IMG/VR virus record: IMGVR_UViG_3300035531_000018
Span: 1 to 33,019 of that record
Source of the DNA: a virus
Lineage: Duplodnaviria > Caudoviricetes
Reading direction: 5' to 3' (one strand)
DNA length: 33,019 nt
Each line of letters begins with the position of its first letter. Position 1 is the first letter of the stretch. Both the position numbers and the translations under genes were made by a program. Below, in pieces: positions 1 to 8,115 of this stretch. The notes beneath the pieces were generated by a model that was given only the letters and a program-made list of their open reading frames with translations, was not told the origin of the DNA and did not search any database.

Positions 1-123
1 TTGCATCATTGTGTAGAACGTATCGCACGCTAGATCGTAGTTCTTGTAGAACGTGCCATCTATCACGTAGCCACCTTTGACTTGGTGCATTGCTAAACCT
101 TGGTCTGTTAATAAAACTAGCAT
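1..123 (-). CDS. 5' part of a 50-aa hypothetical protein (full copy at 32843..32995)
   Basis: ATG at 123 preceded by AGGAGGtaagatt; reads MLVLLTDQGLAMHQVKGG... and continues across the circular junction. Confidence 0.7.
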   Translation of the reverse strand, partial: MLVLLTDQGLAMHQVKGGYVIDGTFYKNYDLACDTFYTMMQ

Positions 124-126
124 AAT
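1..126. repeat. Direct terminal repeat, copy 1 (circular overlap)
   Basis: 1-126 is identical to 32873-32998; the copies diverge at 127/32999. Confidence 0.95.
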
Positions 127-154
127 CTTACCTCCTAGATTATCCCTCTCTCTC

Positions 155-179
155 GAGCCACCATCTTAGATGGCGACTC
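155..179 (-). other. 11-bp RNA hairpin between the ribozyme and the next RBS
   Basis: Minus strand GAGUCGCCAUC-UAA-GAUGGUGGCUC pairs fully using G-U pairs, which favours the minus strand. Confidence 0.6.
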
Positions 180-191
180 TATATTAGAAAG

Positions 192-265
192 GAGTTCGGC
201 TATCTCATCAGTGCATCTTACCGAAGGATGCAGACGCCCAGTGGGCGTTTCGAAATATTTAACTC
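192..265 (-). ncRNA. Hammerhead ribozyme, type II
   Basis: Minus strand: C-GAAA-CGCCC(acu)GGGCG-UC / UGCAUC(cuucgguaa)GAUGCA-CUGAUGA-G. Intact catalytic core, perfect stems I and III, GUC cleavage triplet at 235-233. Loop I UUCGGU can pair with downstream GCCGAA, and GAGUU/AACUC closes the outer stem. Confidence 0.92.
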
Positions 266-269
266 TTTT

Positions 270-578
270 TTACTTTTCTTCTAATAATTTTACTGTATCA
301 ATAAAACGTCCACCATCTTTAATAATTTTAATATAACCTTTATTTTCTAATGCTCTAAGGCTTGATGAACTACAACTTGTTAATGCTATGTTATCTAAAT
401 TTTGTAACCAATATTCTTTATAAGATTGTTCTTTTAATTCCATTTCGATTTGCCATTGTGATTTGTTATCATAATTTGCTAACACATAACTTTCATAAGT
501 TTCATGTGCTTTGGCTTTTTTTATTTTTTCCTTAATACCATCTAATATATTTTGTTGTGTTTGTGTTAATTTTTTCAT
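270..578 (-). CDS. Hypothetical protein, possible C-terminal winged-helix; first gene of the early operon
   Basis: 102-aa ORF with GAGGAGG RBS; C-terminal SLRALENKGYIKII resembles a wHTH end; AT-rich. Confidence 0.7.
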   Translation of the reverse strand: MKKLTQTQQNILDGIKEKIKKAKAHETYESYVLANYDNKSQWQIEMELKEQSYKEYWLQNLDNIALTSCSSSSLRALENKGYIKIIKDGGRFIDTVKLLEEK

Positions 579-612
579 AATTTAACTCCTCCTCTTTCTT
601 AATTACACCCAT

Positions 613-641
613 ATATTAACATATAAATATTTACTTGTCAA
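613..641 (-). promoter_or_regulatory. Sigma-70/sigma-A promoter (early operon)
   Basis: TTGACA (641-636), 17-bp spacer, TG-n-TAATAT (618-613). Confidence 0.8.
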
Positions 642-661
642 GCATTTATTTATAAATAATT

Positions 662-695
662 AAAAAAAAGATGCACAACTCACTTGTCATACATC
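662..695 (-). terminator. Probable intrinsic terminator after the helicase
   Basis: Imperfect stem GATGTATGACAA..TTGTGCATC followed by a T8 run on the minus strand. Confidence 0.5.
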
Positions 696-2003
696 TTTTT
701 TATGTTTTTTCCTACTCGCCAGCACTCGCTTAGCCCAATAATAAGGCGCCTTATACCCCCTCGCCTTACCAATAGCCACTAACTCGCTCAAGGTCTGGGC
801 TCTGCCTTGCTCTTGGCGTTTGCGTTTACGTTCTAACTTCTCGACTCTCTCCAACTCAGCAGTCCGCTCTTGTTCTATCTCTCGCTTGGTCTTACCGTTA
901 TCGTGTCCACAATATGGACATTGCCTGTGTGTGCCCGAATATACAAGCATACAAGCATCGCAACGCCTAACCAGTATGTCAGGTTCCCCTGAGGCATTAG
1001 ATGTCCTCATACGCCCTTTAAGTGCCCATTCTCTAGACTCTGTTGGTAGTCCGTGGCGGTAACAGTTGCCGACTAGGTCGTATATTGTGGCTCGCTTGCC
1101 TGGTCTAGGTCTGAGACAGCGCATGGACTGCTGTATATATAAAGATAGTGACATAGTAGGTCGTAGCAGTATGACTGTGTCACAGTCTGGGACGTCGAAG
1201 CCTTCACCTATGAGGTCGACATTACTTAGCACTCTTATATCACCCTTACGGAAGGTTGCCACTATCCTATCACGCTCTTTCTTTGGTGTGTTACCATCAA
1301 AGTGGACAGCCCCTGTCCTATCACATAGAGCCTTGCTAAACGCAACGCTAGGACAGTAGATGATGGTCTTCTTGTTTGGGTCTATGTAATTCTCAACCTT
1401 GCCATATATCTTAGACTTCATTAACTGTGCTGTGACATCATCCATGTCGAAATCCATGCCACGCATTTTATACTCTAGTTGCTCGGTCTTAGGTGCATAG
1501 TAGTCGTACTCACTCAGCCAGCCATCTTTAATAAGGCTCTCGGCTGATTCACCAACAACTAAGTCATCAAAGATGTCACCTAGCGCCTTACCATCTCGCC
1601 TAATAGGCGTTGCAGTCAAGCCGACCATAGGCACATCCTCAAAGTAGTCAATGATATTGTACCACGACTTAGCCTTAGCATGATGTGCCTCGTCGAAAAT
1701 GATTAAAGTTGGCTTCTTGTATCGCTCAGGGTGTCTTGTGATGGTCTGCACCATACCTATAAAGACATTGTCGGTTGAGATTCCGAACTCTTTAAACGTA
1801 GTGCGTGTTTGGTCAATCAACTCACGCCTATGGACTAGGAACCACACATATCCATCGTGCTTGGCTATATGCTTATGTGCCATGTCAGCAAAGCAGACTG
1901 TCTTTCCAGCGCCACAGGGTAAGACTACAAGTGGTTTAGAGTGATTGTGGAACGATAAGCGTGTAGCGTTGACTAGATCAAGTTGATATGGTCTTAGTTG
2001 CAT
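687..2003 (-). CDS. SF2 DEAD/DEAH-box helicase with C-terminal Zn ribbon
   Basis: LRPYQ Q-motif, PCGAGKT Walker A, DEAHH, TAT, GEGFDVP, QQSMRCLR; CxxC..CxxC near the C-terminus. Confidence 0.95.
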   Translation of the reverse strand: MQLRPYQLDLVNATRLSFHNHSKPLVVLPCGAGKTVCFADMAHKHIAKHDGYVWFLVHRRELIDQTRTTFKEFGISTDNVFIGMVQTITRHPERYKKPTLIIFDEAHHAKAKSWYNIIDYFEDVPMVGLTATPIRRDGKALGDIFDDLVVGESAESLIKDGWLSEYDYYAPKTEQLEYKMRGMDFDMDDVTAQLMKSKIYGKVENYIDPNKKTIIYCPSVAFSKALCDRTGAVHFDGNTPKKERDRIVATFRKGDIRVLSNVDLIGEGFDVPDCDTVILLRPTMSLSLYIQQSMRCLRPRPGKRATIYDLVGNCYRHGLPTESREWALKGRMRTSNASGEPDILVRRCDACMLVYSGTHRQCPYCGHDNGKTKREIEQERTAELERVEKLERKRKRQEQGRAQTLSELVAIGKARGYKAPYYWAKRVLASRKKHKKDV

Positions 2004-2357
2004 TTAATCAGTCCCCTTAAATAAGTTAAGTTGTTTATATTGTGGCTCATCAGTGATAATCAAATCAGTAGGGCTTAAATGCCATAATTTACTTCTATCA
2101 TTTAAAGACCTTACAACATAATTGCCTTTATATTTTCCAGTATCCATAATTTCATATTTACATTTATGAGTATATAACCAACTTGGCAAATATGTTTCTT
2201 CTTTAGATAGTTTAGGTATGACAATTTTACCTAATATTCTTTTTTCAGCTTCTTTTGATAAAACCATATATGAACTAGAATATAAATCATCATACCCTTC
2301 CATCTTTAAAACACATCTATTTTTTACGTTTTTAAGCCATTCTATATGAACTATCAT
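2004..2357 (-). CDS. Hypothetical protein (AT-rich insert between primase and helicase)
   Basis: 117-aa ORF coupled to its neighbours by overlap or abutment; ends in KQLNLF. Confidence 0.7.
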   Translation of the reverse strand: MIVHIEWLKNVKNRCVLKMEGYDDLYSSSYMVLSKEAEKRILGKIVIPKLSKEETYLPSWLYTHKCKYEIMDTGKYKGNYVVRSLNDRSKLWHLSPTDLIITDEPQYKQLNLFKGTD

Positions 2358-4612
2358 ATCTCATCATACTCTTCCTTACTCAATCTGTTATAGTCGTTAT
2401 CTGGCTTAATCACGATGCCTTTATAGTGCATCTTGCCACTGACTCTAATCTTCCTATATTTACGTGACATATTGCGACCGAACATAGTGTGGCTTAGTTG
2501 GTACTCTTTGTTAGCCTTGGCGTAGTTAGAGAAGTTCTCGAACAACTCAGCAGATGATGTCGAGTCGCCGTCTATCTCAATACAAACCTCATTAAGCCAA
2601 CGTTGCACGATGTCCATCTCACTGCGATAGTCCTTGTGCGCTTCTTTCAACGCCTCAAGCTCTTTCAAACCATCTTTTAAGTATAATATAGCGCCCTTAA
2701 TCATCCAACCTAGTATTTGTGGCATCTCTTTAAGTAACTTAGTCTTAAGTTGCTTGTCTTGTTTCTCATCAGGGATGACCTTATTGAAAGGTATTACTTT
2801 AATACGTCTCCATATACCGTGATCCGTTCCAGTGATGCGTGGCTTGTAATTACTACTCATAAATATCTTCATAATAGGCGTGAACTCGAACTCGTTACCA
2901 TATAAGAATCTTGCCACAATGTTACCAATACCACTGGTGTATGTCTTGATGGCTGACTCGTTCAACTTGTCATTATGCTTAGCCTCATCAGTCATAACAA
3001 AACGTGTGCCTTTAAGTCTCGCAACATCGCCTAAGTTCCCTGACCCTTTGTTGTACTTCTCTAATAAGATGTCAGCGTTGCTGGTCTTACCATATGACCC
3101 TAGCGCCTCGTTGACTACATCTAAGAGTAGACTCTTACCATTCGACCCATCTCCGAACAAAAAGAACATACACTGCTCTTGAGTGAGGCCTGTCATAGCA
3201 TAACCTAGCACTCGTTGGATATAGTTGATGATTGACTTATCGCCCTCGAAGATGTCATTAAGGAACGATAGCCATTTGCTTGGCTCGTTCTTTAAGTCGA
3301 CCTCATAAGGCGTATACTGGCTCAACATAAGTGTCTTATCGTGTGGTTTGATGTCGCCACTCTTTAAGTCCACAACACCACTTGCTGTGTTGAACAACAG
3401 TGCATCTTTGTCAAAGTCGTTGTTAGTCGCTGGTACGCCCTCTATATGCTGGCTCTCTTTAAGCATAGATGCTTTGCCGTTCGATTGCAAGGTGCGTTTG
3501 ATGTTCTTAATAATAGCCTTGCGCACGTTCTCATCATCGACTGACTTCAACTTATAACGCATCTCTTCAACGACAACCTCAGCGAAGTTCTTGATATTAT
3601 GATACACATCAGTCTGCCAGTACTCGCCGTTCCAATACATCCAACTCTCGTTGTCGACATTATAGCGCACGATGTCACCATAGCGCTCAATAAAGCGCCT
3701 AGCGTTGCCAGTGTCAGTGAGTGAGTAGTCATCGCTCTTGTATACCTTAATGCTCTTGATAGCCTTTTTAATGGTCATCTCTCGGTAGTCATCACGTTGC
3801 TCCCACTTCTTCATATGCTTAGTATCTTTGGTCGCATAATATGGACTAGCCATAAATGCCTCGTTTATAGCGTGGTAGTTGCCTTTTAAATAATAAGCCA
3901 ACTTATTACATAGGGCTAGGTCTAACTCGTTCTCATTCGCGCCACTACCTGGCGCTGTGCCGTTCCATAACTCTTTGAACTTAATGTCATTAAAGTATTT
4001 ATCAGCCTCGAAGTCAGTTGTTATGACCTCGCCTGTGTCCACATCTACATCGTGCTGTACGCCAACGCCTTTTTTTTGCATATACTTATCTAATATGTAT
4101 GATATGTCTATGTCAGCGATGTTCGCACTGAACTTGACATCTCCTGTGATCGTTACGAACTTGTGTGTTTGGTCTGAAAGATATATCTCTAACCCTATGT
4201 TTTGGTTGTTTATGTAATAGTACATTTTATTAAGTGGTGTGTTGGTTTTAAAAATCAACCTAATGCCAGTGCCACTCGGTGACACCTCCGTATAGGTTGA
4301 ACAATAATCAATGACATCCATCGCCATCTCGCTCAAGTGACCATCTTCATCAATGCAATGGTCAATGTCTATGGCTGAGTAGCCGTTGAATATGCCTAAG
4401 CCAAGTCCGCCAGTCAACTGGCCATCCTTGTTATAATTATAATACTTAGACACATTCTCTAGTGCTACTTTCCAAGAATGAAACGTTGACTTATCATTAG
4501 ACTTAGCCAAGCGACCAGTGACAAGGTCATAAGGTACTTTGCCCCTGTCGCTCAACTTCCAACCACACCATACCCCATGTAACTTTAACTCTTCAGGTAT
4601 GTTGTCAAACAT
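2354..4612 (-). CDS. Primase-polymerase / D5-like (P4-family) primase-SF3 helicase
   Basis: N-terminal NIPEELK..WCGW, AIDIDHC, EVSPSGTGI (PrimPol); TDTGNARRF (D5_N); GDGSNGKS Walker A; DHGIWRRIKVIPF. Confidence 0.95.
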   Translation of the reverse strand: MFDNIPEELKLHGVWCGWKLSDRGKVPYDLVTGRLAKSNDKSTFHSWKVALENVSKYYNYNKDGQLTGGLGLGIFNGYSAIDIDHCIDEDGHLSEMAMDVIDYCSTYTEVSPSGTGIRLIFKTNTPLNKMYYYINNQNIGLEIYLSDQTHKFVTITGDVKFSANIADIDISYILDKYMQKKGVGVQHDVDVDTGEVITTDFEADKYFNDIKFKELWNGTAPGSGANENELDLALCNKLAYYLKGNYHAINEAFMASPYYATKDTKHMKKWEQRDDYREMTIKKAIKSIKVYKSDDYSLTDTGNARRFIERYGDIVRYNVDNESWMYWNGEYWQTDVYHNIKNFAEVVVEEMRYKLKSVDDENVRKAIIKNIKRTLQSNGKASMLKESQHIEGVPATNNDFDKDALLFNTASGVVDLKSGDIKPHDKTLMLSQYTPYEVDLKNEPSKWLSFLNDIFEGDKSIINYIQRVLGYAMTGLTQEQCMFFLFGDGSNGKSLLLDVVNEALGSYGKTSNADILLEKYNKGSGNLGDVARLKGTRFVMTDEAKHNDKLNESAIKTYTSGIGNIVARFLYGNEFEFTPIMKIFMSSNYKPRITGTDHGIWRRIKVIPFNKVIPDEKQDKQLKTKLLKEMPQILGWMIKGAILYLKDGLKELEALKEAHKDYRSEMDIVQRWLNEVCIEIDGDSTSSAELFENFSNYAKANKEYQLSHTMFGRNMSRKYRKIRVSGKMHYKGIVIKPDNDYNRLSKEEYDEI

Positions 4613-4627
4613 TGTTTAGCCTCCTAA

Positions 4628-5269
4628 TTAAAATGGTAGGTCGTCCTCTATGTCAGTGAAGTTTCCTGTGTCGATAGATTGATTGTTGCTAGTGGTAGCA
4701 ACTTTCAACTTCTTAATTTTTAAGTCCTTAACTTTACCTTGACTGAACGCTACAAGTGAACGCTCTTCTCTACATTTGATTGACTCTTTAATCTCGCCAT
4801 CATCGGCTTGGTATTCTTCTAAGCCAAAGTTAGCAACAAAGAACTTACCTGCTAGTTTAGTCTCATCAAACGCTGGCGCGAACTTGAAGCCTTTGTTTGA
4901 CTTCTCAACAGCAGTGATAAAGGCTGTGAAGAAGCGTTGCGCTGTCTCTTTATATGACTTGTGCAACTTACCACGCCACGGCCAATCGCCGAACTGTTCC
5001 ATTTGTTTGTAAAAGAATCCATACATATCTTTTTTATCTTGTTCTTGCAACTTGGTTTGGATAATTGACTTGTCAACCTCAGGACAAGCAGTCATAATCT
5101 CTTTAAGGTGCTTCATACCACAAATATCATACTTGATAACTAACTTTTCTTTATTCGGCTCATCAGTCGTCTCTAATATCTTCACGATATATTGTGTTGG
5201 CTCTAACTCGCTAAAGTTACTTACTTCTTCCGTGCGTTCTAATTCGTTCCAATTTTCTATTTTTTTCAT
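4628..5269 (-). CDS. Putative single-stranded DNA-binding protein (DUF669-like)
   Basis: Lies downstream of the Sak4-like ATPase; FITAVEKSN motif; acidic DIEDDLPF tail typical of SSBs. Confidence 0.7.
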   Translation of the reverse strand: MKKIENWNELERTEEVSNFSELEPTQYIVKILETTDEPNKEKLVIKYDICGMKHLKEIMTACPEVDKSIIQTKLQEQDKKDMYGFFYKQMEQFGDWPWRGKLHKSYKETAQRFFTAFITAVEKSNKGFKFAPAFDETKLAGKFFVANFGLEEYQADDGEIKESIKCREERSLVAFSQGKVKDLKIKKLKVATTSNNQSIDTGNFTDIEDDLPF

Positions 5270-5676
5270 TATTCATTTCCTCCAAATATAGTCCTATAAT
5301 TAGATACTGTAATTGTTTCAATTTCTTCTTCTTGTGGATACCCATAGACTTCTTCATACATTTCTTTAATCTTCATACCATTTTCAACGCCAATACGTTC
5401 ATAGCAAATATCTTCGCAATCATAGTCAAATAACATAGTTCCTTTATTATCTTCAATTCTTATTAAATGTTGATTATGTTTAACCGTTACCTTAACAACA
5501 CCAAACATTTTCTTTATCTTATTTTCAAAGCGTTCTAATGCACGTTGCTTTTGTTGATTTAAGTGTTTTTGCTTTTTAGATAACTGATTGTTCTTCTTTT
5601 CTTTATCTATGTATAACTGTATTCTTTCATCTTCTAACGCTTTTAACTCTTCATCAATCTGCTTAACAGCTTTCAT
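5269..5676 (-). CDS. Hypothetical protein with N-terminal coiled coil
   Basis: 135-aa AT-rich ORF tightly packed between its neighbours. Confidence 0.7.
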   Translation of the reverse strand: MKAVKQIDEELKALEDERIQLYIDKEKKNNQLSKKQKHLNQQKQRALERFENKIKKMFGVVKVTVKHNQHLIRIEDNKGTMLFDYDCEDICYERIGVENGMKIKEMYEEVYGYPQEEEIETITVSNYRTIFGGNE

Positions 5677-6297
5677 CTACTCGGCCTCCTTAATGCCATA
5701 ATATTCTCTAATAATATCATTAACTTGCTTCAAATCATTATCTATCTCTTCTGCATCGAACATATCTGCTGGGCTTTTAGCCACATCATATCCATCACTT
5801 TGTGTTCTGAAGAAGTAACCATCTTGTGTCTTGTGACTTCTTAACACAATAGTGAACATACCCTCAATGCTAATCTTTTCATCTAACAATTTACCAATAG
5901 TCTTCGGTCTAACCTCTCCTGCCTCTTTCTCATCCTCGTGCATCACTAAGTAGACCACCTTGTCATCGCTTAGGTCACGCTTAATGAACATAATCAAGTT
6001 GAAAAAGTTGTTTGCTAGGTCTGTGAACTTTTGATAACCTTTCTCGTTCGATCTACGCATGAACTCGTTCGTGATTAGATACCCTGCATCATCTACGACT
6101 AGCGTTGATGCTTTACTCTTTGTTAATGCTGACTTGATATTCTCATAATTGTCACTGTCATATGTCTTAGGTGCGTTCCTGAACGGCAACTCTTTACCTA
6201 ACACGTTAATTATTCCTGCCTCGCCATCAGCGAAGTTCCTCAACGAGTAAGACTTACCAGTCCCACTCTTGCCCATAATTAAAATTGCTTTAGCCAT
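5677..6297 (-). CDS. AAA ATPase, Sak4-like phage recombinase (AAA_24)
   Basis: GKSGTGKS Walker A, LVVDDAGY Walker B, KTIGKLLDEKISIEGMFTIVL; start moved to MAKAILIM, which has an AGGAGG RBS. Confidence 0.88.
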   Translation of the reverse strand: MAKAILIMGKSGTGKSYSLRNFADGEAGIINVLGKELPFRNAPKTYDSDNYENIKSALTKSKASTLVVDDAGYLITNEFMRRSNEKGYQKFTDLANNFFNLIMFIKRDLSDDKVVYLVMHEDEKEAGEVRPKTIGKLLDEKISIEGMFTIVLRSHKTQDGYFFRTQSDGYDVAKSPADMFDAEEIDNDLKQVNDIIREYYGIKEAE

Positions 6298-6463
6298 TGT
6301 TTTCCTCCTTATCATTGACTAACTTATCATTCATAGCCTCTAGTTGCTTAATATGTCGCTCTAGAGTCTGAATCTTGCCTTGATACATGGCGTTGAGAGA
6401 GCGTAATCTCATCGCTTCCGCTTGCCATATCTTTAATTGTTCTTTTGTCTTCTTGCCAAACAT
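6290..6463 (-). CDS. Small coiled-coil hypothetical protein
   Basis: Start MFGKK after GGAGG RBS; overlaps the next gene. Confidence 0.7.
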   Translation of the reverse strand: MFGKKTKEQLKIWQAEAMRLRSLNAMYQGKIQTLERHIKQLEAMNDKLVNDKEENNG

Positions 6464-6465
6464 CC

Positions 6466-7125
6466 TTACCTCCAACCTAACTTCTTCTTTGTGTTATATA
6501 TGTTTAAAGCGTTCTTAAACACTTCAAAGTATAACTCTTCTTGATTGACTTTTCTAACCTCAAAGCCCTCCGACTCATCTCTACCTATTCTTAGTATCAA
6601 CACCTCATCGCACAACATACCGTTCTCACGCAATAATTGCGCGTATGCTGAGACTTGGCAGAACTGGTCATCGTATATAGCCTTGCTCGTTTTAAAGTCT
6701 ATCAGCACGTATTTTTCGCCTATTCTCGCATATAGGTCGACTGTGCCACCGTATCTATACTTAGCACTTGATAGCATCAACTCACTTCTTAGGTATTGTG
6801 GGTTGTTTTCTTGCTCCCATTCAAGGAACTTATTGAAGCCTACATCACTAATCTTAACCTGTGTCGGTGTGTAGTCAGCGAAGTCGGTCTCAATACCTTT
6901 AATATGGTCTTCAATGCGCTTATGCACTAATGTGCCAATGCTAGCCATCTCATCAGTATACTTGCGATAGTCGATGCCTTGCATCCCTAAGTCCCACGCC
7001 CAATACATTAAGGCTGGTTTGTTGATAACACCTAATATGGTGGTTGTCCCTGGCACACGCTTACCATCGACATAGTAGCGTTGATGTGCAGAGTAACGGC
7101 TATTCTTCTTCGTTTTCGTTGCCAA
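6466..7125 (-). CDS. PD-(D/E)XK family exonuclease
   Basis: PGTTTIL, GTLVH, YGGTVD, LIDFKTSK, QVSAY motifs; TTG start with AGGAGG RBS. Confidence 0.88.
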   Translation of the reverse strand: MATKTKKNSRYSAHQRYYVDGKRVPGTTTILGVINKPALMYWAWDLGMQGIDYRKYTDEMASIGTLVHKRIEDHIKGIETDFADYTPTQVKISDVGFNKFLEWEQENNPQYLRSELMLSSAKYRYGGTVDLYARIGEKYVLIDFKTSKAIYDDQFCQVSAYAQLLRENGMLCDEVLILRIGRDESEGFEVRKVNQEELYFEVFKNALNIYNTKKKLGWR

Positions 7126-7324
7126 TTAACATCATCCTCCTTATATGGCGTGGCTCTAACTTATAATAGTCTGCAAGTAGTCTAACAGTCGCTAAGCCGA
7201 CTTTTTGCCCTTGTTCAATCTTAATCAACGTTGGCGTTGATACATCAAGCAACTTAGCGTAGTCATCTTGAGTCATAGCCAAGTCTTGTCTTTTGTCTTT
7301 CACGAATGTACTTAATTTATTCAC
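7100..7324 (-). CDS. XRE/Cro-type helix-turn-helix regulator
   Basis: MTQDDYAKLLDVSTPTLIKIEQG is a classic HTH_3 pattern. Confidence 0.88.
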   Translation of the reverse strand: MNKLSTFVKDKRQDLAMTQDDYAKLLDVSTPTLIKIEQGQKVGLATVRLLADYYKLEPRHIRRMMLIGNENEEE

Positions 7325-7575
7325 TCTCTTACCTCCCTTTCAAAGAGTCTAGTAACATGATTCTTTAACGCTCTAATCTCGTTCATAAGGCGCTTAATGC
7401 TTGTCGCCTCACTTGTAACCATCTTGTGTCTAAGATACCCTTGCAACGCCTGCTCTAAATCTCCATAATATCCTAACACAACATACTTCTCTTCATCTTT
7501 GTACCCACACTTTCTTATACTAAGTTGCGTTCCATCGTTCACGAGCACAATATCCTTCTCTAAATCAATCCTCAT
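7321..7575 (-). CDS. Hypothetical phage protein, first gene of the replication operon
   Basis: 84 aa, GAGGAGG RBS, LGYYGDLEQAL motif seen in small phage proteins. Confidence 0.75.
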   Translation of the reverse strand: MRIDLEKDIVLVNDGTQLSIRKCGYKDEEKYVVLGYYGDLEQALQGYLRHKMVTSEATSIKRLMNEIRALKNHVTRLFEREVRE

Positions 7576-7606
7576 TCACGCACCTCCTCTTTACTAGCGC
7601 AAGTCT

Positions 7607-7615
7607 ATTGTACCA
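7607..7615 (-). promoter_or_regulatory. Extended -10 promoter of the replication operon
   Basis: TGGTACAAT about 30 nt upstream of the ATG at 7575; no consensus -35. Confidence 0.6.
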
Positions 7616-7673
7616 TAGGTTATAGCAAACGTATAGACTTTTTTTATATTTTTTTTTATTTTTCTTTTATATT

Positions 7674-7785
7674 ACATAGTTTTTTACATAGTTTGCATAG
7701 TTTAGAGTGAAAATACATAAAGTCCTATATGAGAAAAAAATGTATAAAAGTTAGTAAAAAACGCCCTAAACTATGTAAACCCTGT
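7674..7785. repeat. Inverted-repeat element A (iteron-like arms around an AT-rich core)
   Basis: ACATAGTTTGCATAGTTTAG (7686-7705) and CTAAACTATGTAAACCCTGT (7766-7785) form a 17/20 inverted repeat with a 60-bp spacer; an extra ACATAGTTT sits at 7674. Confidence 0.8.
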
Positions 7786-7825
7786 ATTCTTGGCTAAACT
7801 TGGGCATCTATCATTTTTTTTGCAT

Positions 7826-7853
7826 AAAAAAAAGCATCAGCCGAAGCCGATGC
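7826..7853 (-). terminator. Intrinsic terminator ending the late operon
   Basis: GCATCGGC-TTCG-GCTGATGC followed by T8. Confidence 0.92.
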
Positions 7854-7863
7854 CTTTTATTTT

Positions 7864-8115
7864 CTATCTATCTATACGCTCTAAAGTTGCGTTGTCGTAG
7901 CACATCATATAGTCGCGCCCGTCCTCGACAATGCAAATTAAGTCGCCGTACTCTCTTATGGTACCGAAGTTAGTCCAAGCAACAACAATAACCTCGCCAG
8001 TGTCTTTGTCAATAACGTTGTATCTGCCCTCATCATACACCTTCGGCTTGTTGCAACTGATCATCGCTAACAGTGTCAGTGTCAGCAACAACATTAACAT
8101 TATCTTCTTCATCAT
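7864..8115 (-). CDS. Putative lipoprotein
   Basis: MMKK, hydrophobic stretch and LAMISC lipobox-like signal; AGGAGG RBS lies inside the upstream gene. Confidence 0.75.
   Translation of the reverse strand: MMKKIMLMLLLTLTLLAMISCNKPKVYDEGRYNVIDKDTGEVIVVAWTNFGTIREYGDLICIVEDGRDYMMCYDNATLERIDR

Noticed and set aside
1-126. Terminal repeat as attL/attR or as a true physical end repeat
   Set aside because: No integrase is present, the repeat lies within a CDS, and its length is close to common assembler k-mer overlaps, so circular overlap is the simpler reading.
127-191. Second ribozyme (twister/pistol/HDV-like) or tRNA beside the hammerhead
   Set aside because: I could not fit the conserved cores or a cloverleaf; only a simple hairpin is supported. 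I saw no tRNA elsewhere.
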